Below, piece by piece: positions 37,084 to 45,534 of a stretch of 64,000 nucleotides of DNA. Numbering within the stretch: position 1 is the first letter of the stretch; each line of letters opens with the position of its first letter. The DNA is from Candidatus Doudnabacteria bacterium (lineage in GTDB: Bacteria; Patescibacteriota; Dojkabacteria; J137; JAEUSD01). The translations under genes and the position numbers were made by a program. The notes beneath the pieces are model-generated. The model saw nothing but the letters and a program-made list of their open reading frames with translations. It was not told where the DNA came from and did not search any database. The stretch lies in the NCBI GenBank assembly GCA_016788825.1, contig JAEUSD010000003.1:757-64756 (forward strand), read 5' to 3'.

Positions 37084-38044
37084 GTTGACAGTAGTTATTC
37101 CTACTTATAATCGCGCAAGAACACTGGGAAGGGCTATTGACTCAGTGTTGACACAAGATTACAAGGATATCCAGGTACTTGTTGTTGACGATGGTTCAAC
37201 AGATAATACACAGAAGGTACTTTCAGAGTATGAGGATGTTAGTAACCTAGCGTATATTCAATTGTCTTCTCCTGCATCAGGTACAGCTTCTGTAGGGCGA
37301 AATATCGGGTTAGCGTGTACAAATACTGAGTTAATATCGTTTCTAGATTCTGATGATGAATTAGTTCAATCAAAGTTTAGCAAGCAGGTGGATAGAATGT
37401 TGGCAGATCAGGAAAAGCTATCCAATCTGCCTGTTATTCTCCAGAACCAGACTACATACAAGATGCATACCGAGATTGATATTTGTTATACGCAGCTTGA
37501 AATTGTGAACACGGATGGGACAATCAGTCCATCAGGAGATGTAATCAGCTCCTTTTTCGGGTTCTATCCAAATGTTGTAATTCCAAACATGAAAAATAAT
37601 ATTGGCACTAACTTCACTACCGCCTTGGCGAGAAAAGAGGTCTTCAGGCTTCTGGGAGGATTCAAAGTTGTCCCAATTGGTGAGGATGCAGAGTTTAAGG
37701 AGCGGGCATTTATTTTTGGCTGCAACGAATCTTTTATCAATGAAGGACTTTACAGATACTACCTAGGCTCTGATAACTCCCTAATGCAGAATGCTAAAGA
37801 AGTTTCTGAATCCGAGAAAGCAGCCAAGGAGGCTGCAGATGCAGAGTACGCGAATACTAAGAGAGAAATGCGTCTTTGTAGGACAGAGCAAGAGTTTATC
37901 GAAAAGTTCAGTGTCCCAGTGAGTATTTCAACAATTAAAGTAATGAAAGTACACAACCCTAATATCTTAGAACTCGACAGCAAAATACCCATGACAGAAG
38001 AAACATGTAGGTTACTTGAGAAGGAAATTATTAAAGGGAAGTAA
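37076..38044 (+). CDS. Family-2 glycosyltransferase (non-processive, soluble)
   Basis: 322 aa. VVIPTYNRARTLGRAIDSVLTQDYKDIQVLVVDDGSTDNT is the classic GT2 N-terminus. A DSDDE motif is present. Confidence 0.8.
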   Translation: MPKLTVVIPTYNRARTLGRAIDSVLTQDYKDIQVLVVDDGSTDNTQKVLSEYEDVSNLAYIQLSSPASGTASVGRNIGLACTNTELISFLDSDDELVQSKFSKQVDRMLADQEKLSNLPVILQNQTTYKMHTEIDICYTQLEIVNTDGTISPSGDVISSFFGFYPNVVIPNMKNNIGTNFTTALARKEVFRLLGGFKVVPIGEDAEFKERAFIFGCNESFINEGLYRYYLGSDNSLMQNAKEVSESEKAAKEAADAEYANTKREMRLCRTEQEFIEKFSVPVSISTIKVMKVHNPNILELDSKIPMTEETCRLLEKEIIKGK

Positions 38045-38418
38045 TGGTGAGTAAGCTAAACTACAAGAACATAACCGGTCTGACGACCGTTGTTGCGGAG
38101 AGTATCAGCTCTGACTTCTACAAACTTAAATCATCATATAAAGCATTGAGAATATATGAGTTATTCGCTCAGATAATTACAATTAGAGGTGCTCAGTTCC
38201 TGACCAATTTCAACAGTGAGGAGCAAGAAGAGCTAAAAGCCAGTACTGTTTCTCAGCTAGCAAGTTCTGCGGAATTGGAGATTGCAGAGGAACAGGCATT
38301 GATAGAAAGCTTCTACTTGGGATTAATCTGTCAAACTTTAGTACATGCGAATATCCCAATCCCTGAATCATTCCAGATATTTGGTAAGTTTGAACTTTTG
38401 GAAAAAGAAGTAGGATAA
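38044..38418 (+). CDS. Small hypothetical protein, last gene of the glycosyltransferase cluster
   Basis: 124 aa with no TM and no motif. The start is translationally coupled to the preceding GT2. Confidence 0.35.
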   Translation: MVSKLNYKNITGLTTVVAESISSDFYKLKSSYKALRIYELFAQIITIRGAQFLTNFNSEEQEELKASTVSQLASSAELEIAEEQALIESFYLGLICQTLVHANIPIPESFQIFGKFELLEKEVG

Positions 38419-38491
38419 TTACTGTGTTGTTCTAGTCGCACTTCGAAATCGTGCACATGTAGTGGAATTGGCGGTAGAGAACTACGCTTTA

Positions 38492-38520
38492 TTGACATCT
38501 CTCCCCGCATTATGTAACTT
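38492..38520 (+). promoter_or_regulatory. Candidate promoter upstream of the major pilin gene
   Basis: Perfect TTGACA at 38492-38497. After a 17-nt spacer comes TAACTT, a weak -10. The region downstream to the ATG is AT-rich. Confidence 0.25.
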
Positions 38521-38591
38521 ATTGCATAAGTAAATATATGCAGTTATATATCTGTGTTATTTACATTTAATTAATTTTTATTCTTTTTGCC

Positions 38592-39032
38592 ATGCTTAAT
38601 AAAGCAAAAGCACGTAGACAAGGAAAGTCAGCCTTCACCTTGGTCGAAATTTTGGTGGTAATTGCCATTATCGCCATCTTAGCAGTTGTTGCGTTTGTAG
38701 CACTTAACCCTGCTCAACGTATCAACGATGCAAACGACGCTAAGCGCCGTGAAGACGTTCAGGCAGTATTAAATGCAATTGCACTATATGCAGTAGACAA
38801 CAGTGGTAACTTGCCAACAGCAGGGAGCCAACCACTTCCTTTGGTTACAAACGCCAACATCATGACAGCTGGTGTAGCCGTAAACACATTGGATGGTATA
38901 AGCCCAACTTACCTCACCACTTTCCCAGCTGATCCAGCAGGAACTCAGTACCGAGTGGGAGTATTAGCAAATGGAGCAGCAGCAGTCGGAGCTTCTCTGA
39001 GTGACGCGAGCTTGTTTGTAAGAAGCCAGTAG
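38592..39032 (+). CDS. Type IV pilin (major pilin candidate) with class III prepilin signal
   Basis: 146 aa. RRQGKSAFTLVEILVVIAIIAILA is the G/FTLVE prepilin peptidase cleavage/methylation motif. A stand-alone gene with a strong terminator. Confidence 0.85.
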   Translation: MLNKAKARRQGKSAFTLVEILVVIAIIAILAVVAFVALNPAQRINDANDAKRREDVQAVLNAIALYAVDNSGNLPTAGSQPLPLVTNANIMTAGVAVNTLDGISPTYLTTFPADPAGTQYRVGVLANGAAAVGASLSDASLFVRSQ

Positions 39033-39051
39033 TTTAATACGTAATTAGCTA

Positions 39052-39088
39052 CCAGGCGGTTCCGATGAAATCGGAACCGCCTGGTTTT
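39052..39088 (+). terminator. Strong rho-independent terminator after the pilin gene
   Basis: 14-bp perfect stem ccaggcggttccga-tgaaa-tcggaaccgcctgg, followed by ttttg. Confidence 0.85.
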
Positions 39089-39128
39089 GCGTTGCGAGCA
39101 AATTACATTACGTTACAACCGGTCTAGG

Positions 39129-39404
39129 TTACTTAGTGTGGAAAGGATCGTTCTGCAGGGGAGTAGGCAAAGACTTAGAAGACCTGGCTTCAAGATCCTG
39201 CTTCACCACCTCGTAGCTCTCGATATTTACCTCGGGAAGCGCGATTCCTGGCACAAAGTCGATACTGCGCTGAGACAAAAGTAGATTGAGAGTGTATATG
39301 CCCAAGTATGTGTTGGCTAACAACAAGGTAAGTGCCATAAACATCCCAATGATGTAAGTTCTATTCTCATTTAGTAGCTGCGCGGCGCGCGAATTTTGTT
39401 TCAT
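39129..39404 (-). CDS. Small membrane protein at the distal end of the pilus operon
   Basis: 91 aa with a single TM helix (YIIGMFMALTLLLANTYLGIYTL). Confidence 0.4.
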   Translation of the reverse strand: MKQNSRAAQLLNENRTYIIGMFMALTLLLANTYLGIYTLNLLLSQRSIDFVPGIALPEVNIESYEVVKQDLEARSSKSLPTPLQNDPFHTK

Positions 39405-39410
39405 AGTTAG

Positions 39411-40013
39411 TTAGCGAACAATAACATTTTGAACATATACTCTGATACTAAAGTATGTATCAACTCGGGCATCGCCATCACTCACTACACGGTTCAACCG
39501 CATCGCATTTATGTTCATAAAATAACGTGACCGCTGCAACATAGTAGTAAACTGAACGGCATTTGCAAAGTTTCCCCTGGTTGTGACCTCTATCTCGATG
39601 TAACTCAACCCATTTGATGCGTCTGTAGTGCTCTTGGGAATGTTGCTAGTCCCGGCTGGAAGCTCGAAACCCTCCTTACTGAGTCTAGTGTCCCCCAGCC
39701 GGATCACAATTTGATTTTGCGTAAGGGCTGCGATCTCCTCAATCTCTTCTACTACTTTCACAAAGTTCGCTGTTGTAGGGAGGAGCGAGTTGAGTTTCAA
39801 CTCGTTCACTTCACTGAGAATCGTCTCGTAGTTACTGCGCAAATTTTGATATTTAACCCGGCGAAGATTCTCTTCCACAATTTGCGCATTCGTCTCCTCG
39901 ATATTGCGCACCAGGCTATTTATTTGAGTCACAATCAGGACAAGGCTTGAGACCCCAGCCAGGATAATCAGCAACAAAGCCACTAGTTGTTTCTCATGTG
40001 TAGTAAGCCTCAT
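39411..40013 (-). CDS. PilO-like type IV pilus assembly protein
   Basis: 200 aa with an N-terminal TM helix, a coiled-coil and a C-terminal alpha/beta domain. It is placed after pilM/N. Confidence 0.5.
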   Translation of the reverse strand: MRLTTHEKQLVALLLIILAGVSSLVLIVTQINSLVRNIEETNAQIVEENLRRVKYQNLRSNYETILSEVNELKLNSLLPTTANFVKVVEEIEEIAALTQNQIVIRLGDTRLSKEGFELPAGTSNIPKSTTDASNGLSYIEIEVTTRGNFANAVQFTTMLQRSRYFMNINAMRLNRVVSDGDARVDTYFSIRVYVQNVIVR

Positions 40014-41551
40014 AGTAAACTTTTAAACGGTAATTGTGCCTCAAGTGTAAACTCTACATTTGTGCCTGACTCCAAACTCCCCAAAGGTAGCACTACACTT
40101 TGGAAAATAGGCTTCTGTCTCATTTGGTCAGCCATATTCAATACATCCTGCCTGTTGATAGCAGTTCCTGAGACAGTGACCAGCCAATAAAGTACATTTG
40201 CTGGGGCCAATGGATCCTTCTCAATCGCCAAGCTATCGATTGTAATACCAGCGGGGGTGATTTCCGCGATTGTAGCCAGCACACGATCCCATTGGTAAAT
40301 GCTTGAGGTCACCTTTTGAATCTGTCCAGAATTCGTATTCAAATTGTTGATTACCCCCTCAATCTCGCTAATTCGTTCACTCTCACTTACCCTTTGGAAC
40401 GAGGCCTTCCTTTCTGCTGTCTGTACAAACTGTCCAGTTAGCCAGAAACTTACTGCCAAGCCTAGGAAAATCAGCAAAATCAGGTTGAGCAGAATGAAGA
40501 GCAGATACTTTTTGAGCACCTGTGATAGCTGGCTGCGTCGATACTCCACCTTTGCCACATCAGGCACCAAGTTGATACTAGTTGTGTTGGGATCGCCTTT
40601 GGCGATCCCTTTGACAGCTCCACCCATGATTGCAATATATTCATCCTTGTGTTGGCTATCTAAGTAGCTCTTGGTATCTTGATCTTCTATTTGGTAATTA
40701 ATCCTTTCGGCTTTTATTCCCAGCTTCTCGAAAGCAGGCAGCAGCACGTCGACCTTCTCAGTTATACCGTGCAAAAGGATTGGGACACTATTTATATCCT
40801 GTGTTTGACCAAAACAGTATTGAATGGCGGAGCTGATGGCCTGGACGATCATACGCACGTTGACGCTGGCATTGATAGGCCCAGTATTGATGTTCGTGGA
40901 AAAAGTTACTTCATTGTTGGAAACCACACTAAGCACGAGTGAGCTTTGGTCTACGTCAAGCAGAACACAGTTTTTGCTCAACGTTGAGTCTATAGTCTGC
41001 AAAAGGTTTGCGGAAGCTACCTCACGGGGGATAAACAACAAAGCCGTGAGCTTTGCGGCCTTTAGCATCGCCATGTAATTATCAATTATCTTCTTTGAAA
41101 CAGCTGCCAACTGCACCCGAGTCTTGTTGTTTTGATTGCCAATCCGATGCCAGTCCCAATACACTTCTTTTACCTCCATGGGAAGGAGTTCGGCAATGCG
41201 GTTTGTGATGATAGAGCGCAGTTCGTCTTTGGCCACCCCAGGCAGCTCCATAGTAATGAAGAAACTCTGAGACTGGGGTATAAGCAATATCACGTTCTCG
41301 GTCGAGGGAAGACGTGGGTGAGCGCTAGAAAGTAGTTCGGATAGCTCTTTGCCCACTGCTGCAGGATCTAAGATACTACTATCTTTGACCAGAGTCTCTG
41401 CAAACACTTTTTCTTGGAAATAGCGTAGGTTGTAGACATTCTTCTTTGCTGAATCAAACTGCAATATACGGATACGACTTCCATCTATTTCTAGACAGAT
41501 GCATGCGCTAAGATTTACTACTTTGTCGAACTCAATATCAACTAAAGCCAT
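40010..41551 (-). CDS. PilM-PilN fusion (actin-like ATPase domain plus TM plus PilN-like periplasmic domain)
   Basis: 513 aa. The N-terminus (ICLEIDGSRIRILQF) and central region are PilM/FtsA-like. A TM helix (LLFILLNLILLIFLGLAVSFWL) lies at about residue 340, followed by a PilN-like tail. Confidence 0.6.
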   Translation of the reverse strand: MALVDIEFDKVVNLSACICLEIDGSRIRILQFDSAKKNVYNLRYFQEKVFAETLVKDSSILDPAAVGKELSELLSSAHPRLPSTENVILLIPQSQSFFITMELPGVAKDELRSIITNRIAELLPMEVKEVYWDWHRIGNQNNKTRVQLAAVSKKIIDNYMAMLKAAKLTALLFIPREVASANLLQTIDSTLSKNCVLLDVDQSSLVLSVVSNNEVTFSTNINTGPINASVNVRMIVQAISSAIQYCFGQTQDINSVPILLHGITEKVDVLLPAFEKLGIKAERINYQIEDQDTKSYLDSQHKDEYIAIMGGAVKGIAKGDPNTTSINLVPDVAKVEYRRSQLSQVLKKYLLFILLNLILLIFLGLAVSFWLTGQFVQTAERKASFQRVSESERISEIEGVINNLNTNSGQIQKVTSSIYQWDRVLATIAEITPAGITIDSLAIEKDPLAPANVLYWLVTVSGTAINRQDVLNMADQMRQKPIFQSVVLPLGSLESGTNVEFTLEAQLPFKSLL

Positions 41552-41604
41552 GTATATAGAATATGATATATCAAAACCGCTGTCGAGCTAAACAGCAGCA
41601 TAAA

Positions 41605-42912
41605 CTAATTTATAGTCCAAGACTCAACGCTCAACACATTATCCGACCCAGGTGGAACTGGATCGGCAGTAAAATTGAACCCTTCGGCATTGGCAGTTAT
41701 ATTTGAGTCTACAGTCAAACTGGAGCGGTCCTCAATAAAAGCGGCATCGCCGGCCCACGCGGCACCTGTAATATTTACTGCATAGGTAAGTGGGCCGGAA
41801 TATTGGTCATGCTTAAATCGAATCTCTTGCTGAGAGAATATGATGCCAGTCACAGTCGCCCGGCAATCGCAGGAGTTTTGGTCCAAAAAGAAAACATCAT
41901 CTTTGGCTGCGATTGCCGGCAAGTCACTTCCAGCATTGTGGGTATAGTTGAGGCTTTCTACAATTATTTGGCCATTGGAAATGATTGTTCCTGTCAGGTT
42001 GTACGTTGTTCCGCTTGCAAACGTCAGGGTAGAAGTGGAATCAATGTAATGTACCCCACCACTCATTGTATTGCCATTAAGAGTGAGGAAATTGAGAAAT
42101 TGTTGCGGGGTTGTGTAGTACGTTCCTGCATTTATAGCCACTTGCTTGTAGTCATCGAACTTAAAGCTAGGAATCTGAATTGTGGGTACAGATAATCCAC
42201 TGTTGACAATTGCTTGGCCTGCGTAGCCACCAGATGTGATGTTTACGGCAACTTTGGAAAGGGCTACATTTTGCACATACCCATTGTTTGTAATCCTAAT
42301 GCGGTCAATTGCTCCCACATTACCTTCAATCTCGGTTGTCAAAGGATTGTCTTGTACTCTCGCACCATTGCGGATACTCGTGTTTGAGCCATTACCTTGA
42401 CCTGCGGCTGCCACATTGCCCTCGACCAGTGTTCCTTCGTCCAGATCAACATTATCGTTGCTCCACAAATTTCCTCTTAATCGGGCACTAGATTTGACCA
42501 GTTGGACATTCTCGCCAGCGAAGACTGCATAATCTTCTAGCAAATTTGCTTGTCCTGAGATGCTCACAGTGGCGATCAGCTGACGTCTCACAGGTTGATT
42601 GATGGTGGTAACTGTAACCTGTCGCTCATTTACTCCTGTGTTGGCAATCGCTATTTGAATAACCACGCCATCTTCGCTTGTATAGGTTTCTCCAACATAG
42701 TTGCTATTCCGTTTCAGCCTAATGAGTGCTTCTTCGAATGCTGCGTCCATAAATATCTGTGAACGAGTAGCTAGTACAGATGTGCCCTGAGAACGGTACT
42801 GGTTGACACTTATTGTAGCAGTAAGCAGAGACACGACCACCAGGATGATTGCCAACGCAGAAACGATAGCGATAGATGCCTGTGATTTTAGGTGACTTTT
42901 TTCGGTACTCAT
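41605..42912 (-). CDS. Large membrane-anchored beta-helix-like protein in the pilus operon (possible minor pilin or tip adhesin, non-canonical N-terminus)
   Basis: 435 aa with an N-terminal hydrophobic helix (IAIVSALAIILVVVSLL) but no G-F-T-L-x-E motif. The central region has Gly/Asn-rich repeats typical of a right-handed beta-helix (GNVAAAGQGNGSNTSIRNGARV...). Confidence 0.4.
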   Translation of the reverse strand: MSTEKSHLKSQASIAIVSALAIILVVVSLLTATISVNQYRSQGTSVLATRSQIFMDAAFEEALIRLKRNSNYVGETYTSEDGVVIQIAIANTGVNERQVTVTTINQPVRRQLIATVSISGQANLLEDYAVFAGENVQLVKSSARLRGNLWSNDNVDLDEGTLVEGNVAAAGQGNGSNTSIRNGARVQDNPLTTEIEGNVGAIDRIRITNNGYVQNVALSKVAVNITSGGYAGQAIVNSGLSVPTIQIPSFKFDDYKQVAINAGTYYTTPQQFLNFLTLNGNTMSGGVHYIDSTSTLTFASGTTYNLTGTIISNGQIIVESLNYTHNAGSDLPAIAAKDDVFFLDQNSCDCRATVTGIIFSQQEIRFKHDQYSGPLTYAVNITGAAWAGDAAFIEDRSSLTVDSNITANAEGFNFTADPVPPGSDNVLSVESWTIN

Positions 42913-43415
42913 ATGTATTTCAGGCTCATAGTTGACGTTATAGATTCACTTACCAGTGGTTTGATTAACCCGGCCGGGTAATTCTCCAGAGTGAGTTGCA
43001 GCTGGATCGCCCCGGCCGCATCGGGTGTAGACAGGTCTGTGACTACAAACAAAGATACATTCACGTCACCCCCAGTTATACTAACCGCAGAGCTTCCATT
43101 TTCTTGTCGATATACGCGGTTATCTTGTCTAAAATAGGTGATCTCTGCGGTATTAGGCAGTGTAATCACCAAAATATCGGTAGGCTCTACACGTACAAAA
43201 CGTCCAAAATACATGTCGTCACGGATACTCTTTACCAATATGCGCAAGTCTTCGTTTACATTTACGCGATCTTCGATCACAGTCTTAAATCTATAAACAG
43301 ACAAAATAATGTTTGCCAATACACCGGATACGATAGATAAGATCAAGATATACACAAGCACCTCAATGAGGGTAAACGCCGGTTTTGACTTTTGTTTAGT
43401 TAGAAGTTTTTCCAA
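42909..43415 (-). CDS. Type IV pilin-like / pseudopilin
   Basis: 168 aa. KPAFTLIEVLVYILILSIV is the prepilin N-terminal motif. Confidence 0.75.
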   Translation of the reverse strand: MEKLLTKQKSKPAFTLIEVLVYILILSIVSGVLANIILSVYRFKTVIEDRVNVNEDLRILVKSIRDDMYFGRFVRVEPTDILVITLPNTAEITYFRQDNRVYRQENGSSAVSITGGDVNVSLFVVTDLSTPDAAGAIQLQLTLENYPAGLIKPLVSESITSTMSLKYI

Positions 43416-43885
43416 TTTGTGAGTACTTGTTGAAAACTAACTTCACGTGGCTGACCACCGTACTCCCAAGTTACGGTGGCGTCGATAATGTACGTCTCAG
43501 GATCAGGCGTCCCCCCCGACGCCACCAGCTGCCCTTGGCCTCCGCGCTGGCCTTGTTCCAGCACGATAGAGCGCGTAAACTGATCAACCGTCTCTGTCCC
43601 CGGAACAAAGATGAACCCTTCTACTGGGTCTTCGGCAAAATGAAATGTCCCAGCTGCCAAGGAATTCCAGTCCTCATTCCGCTTGCTTGTGGTTAACTCG
43701 ATCAAGTCGTGCGCCATCAGTTCGGCCAGGGTGAATTGTCGGGCCAGCTCGGCTGTCTGCAGGGATTGTCTCAGTACATCGTAACCGCTTACTGCTAGGA
43801 TAGCCAACATAGCTACACTCAAGACTATCTCGATCAAACTAAAGGCTCGTATTGTTTTGCTAAAGGATGTCTTCGACAATGCCAA
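43400..43885 (-). CDS. Type IV pilin-like / pseudopilin
   Basis: 161 aa. IRAFSLIEIVLSVAMLAILAV is the prepilin motif. Confidence 0.7.
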   Translation of the reverse strand: MALSKTSFSKTIRAFSLIEIVLSVAMLAILAVSGYDVLRQSLQTAELARQFTLAELMAHDLIELTTSKRNEDWNSLAAGTFHFAEDPVEGFIFVPGTETVDQFTRSIVLEQGQRGGQGQLVASGGTPDPETYIIDATVTWEYGGQPREVSFQQVLTNWKNF

Positions 43886-44306
43886 GTGAATTAATAGTTA
43901 CTTCTCTGTTTATCCCGCCAGCCGAGACAGAGATAGAGCCCGGCTCGCTTACCCTCCCTGTGAAATTGGAGAAGGTGATAATGTCATTTGTAAAAGTTGT
44001 AGACACAACCACGATAGAGTCGAGTGTATAAGTGCGGTTCTCAACATTATTACTAGAGTAAGCTGCTCCGGGGAACAGGATGTAACTTTCAGGCAGAAAC
44101 TTGATAGAGTAGTCATTGCTATTATCGTTCCCCAAGGCATTTTGTCTAGCAAGCTGTATATTTGAAACTAATTCTTTGAGTTCAGAATCCAGCACGGTGT
44201 TTACGTGATAGCTGACGATGCTGGCCACAGCAATCACGCCAACGATGGAAGTAAGCGTAATGACGAGAATAATCTCAATCAGTGTAAAGGCATTCAGTTT
44301 CTTCAT
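43860..44306 (-). CDS. Type IV pilin-like / pseudopilin
   Basis: 148 aa. MKKLNAFTLIEIILVITLTSIVGV is the prepilin motif. Confidence 0.75.
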   Translation of the reverse strand: MKKLNAFTLIEIILVITLTSIVGVIAVASIVSYHVNTVLDSELKELVSNIQLARQNALGNDNSNDYSIKFLPESYILFPGAAYSSNNVENRTYTLDSIVVVSTTFTNDIITFSNFTGRVSEPGSISVSAGGINREVTINSLGIVEDIL

Positions 44307-45526
44307 TTTATACTGTTTACTCCTGAAAGTAATTGGAAGATCGGGGTAATAACAGACAAAGCAACTGCAACTACTACCCCTCCCATAAATAAAAGCATCA
44401 CTGGTTCTATGGCGGCCGATAGGCCGCCAAGTAATGTAGATACCCTTGCCTCGTAGAATTCAGCAATGTTTGTCAGTCCCTTGGCGACTTCCCCTGTACG
44501 TTCACTGATAGACAGAACCCGAACTTCGAAGGGCGAGAACAAGTGAGGGTACTTTTTCAGACTATCTGCCAAAGTATTCCCTACAGTTAGATCCTCCTTA
44601 ATTGTTACTAAGACCTGTTTGTAAGATTCATTTTTCAAACTGTCACGGACCACATCAACAGACTCTAGGATATTTACACCGCTAGATAGAAGTGAGCCGA
44701 AAGTGCGAGCAAACAAGGCGACATTCAAGGACTTATTTATTCCGCCGATGATGGGAAATTTGAGCATAAACCTACTGCGTCTGAGCCTGAAGTTCTCTGA
44801 GCGCTTACTCGCTGTCCTGTACGCATAAATACCTACTGCAGCAAGCAAAGCCACGAAAATAAAGTTGTTACGCACCAAGTCGCTGAGTGAAATGAGTACT
44901 CGGGTAAAGACAGGTAGCTCTAGTCCACTACTTCCAAAGAACTCCTGCACTTTAGGAAAGACAAATACCAACAGCACAAATATCACTGTAAACAAAGTTG
45001 TGAACAATATGATTGGGTAAATCATTGCGTTGCGCACCTTTGACTTCAACTCATTCGATTTTTTTAGTTGATTTGCCAAGTGCCGCAAACTTTCGGCCAA
45101 AGTTCCTGTTGCCTCACCCACTTTTACCATTCCTACGTACAAGGGCGGGAACAATTTAGGGTAGGCTTCGAAACATTCCGAAAGTTTGCGACCGTTACGC
45201 AAACTGAGTTCCGTATCTTTTACAAACTTACGCAACAGCGGCTTGTCCAGGTCTTCATAGAAGGCTTCTAGTGCCTCATTGATGGACAAGCCGGATTCCA
45301 ACATCGAAGCAAAGTACTCCAAAAACTGAGCTTTGTCTGTTTCACTGACTCGCTTTAGAAACTTATCCGTAAAACTTTCTTTGGCTTCGGGGAGTAAGCG
45401 CAGGTTGACAAGAAATAACCCTTCTTTGTCTATAAGTGCGCGCACCTCGTCCTCTGTATCAGCAAGGACAACATTACTGACAATTACACCTTCTGAAGTT
45501 GTGGCTGTATATTTGTATTCTCCCAT
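44303..45526 (-). CDS. pilC: Type IV pilus platform protein PilC (GspF family)
   Basis: 407 aa with two GspF repeats and 3 TM segments. Sits directly downstream of pilB. Confidence 0.85.
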   Translation of the reverse strand: MGEYKYTATTSEGVIVSNVVLADTEDEVRALIDKEGLFLVNLRLLPEAKESFTDKFLKRVSETDKAQFLEYFASMLESGLSINEALEAFYEDLDKPLLRKFVKDTELSLRNGRKLSECFEAYPKLFPPLYVGMVKVGEATGTLAESLRHLANQLKKSNELKSKVRNAMIYPIILFTTLFTVIFVLLVFVFPKVQEFFGSSGLELPVFTRVLISLSDLVRNNFIFVALLAAVGIYAYRTASKRSENFRLRRSRFMLKFPIIGGINKSLNVALFARTFGSLLSSGVNILESVDVVRDSLKNESYKQVLVTIKEDLTVGNTLADSLKKYPHLFSPFEVRVLSISERTGEVAKGLTNIAEFYEARVSTLLGGLSAAIEPVMLLFMGGVVVAVALSVITPIFQLLSGVNSIK

Positions 45527-45534
45527 CGATATTA

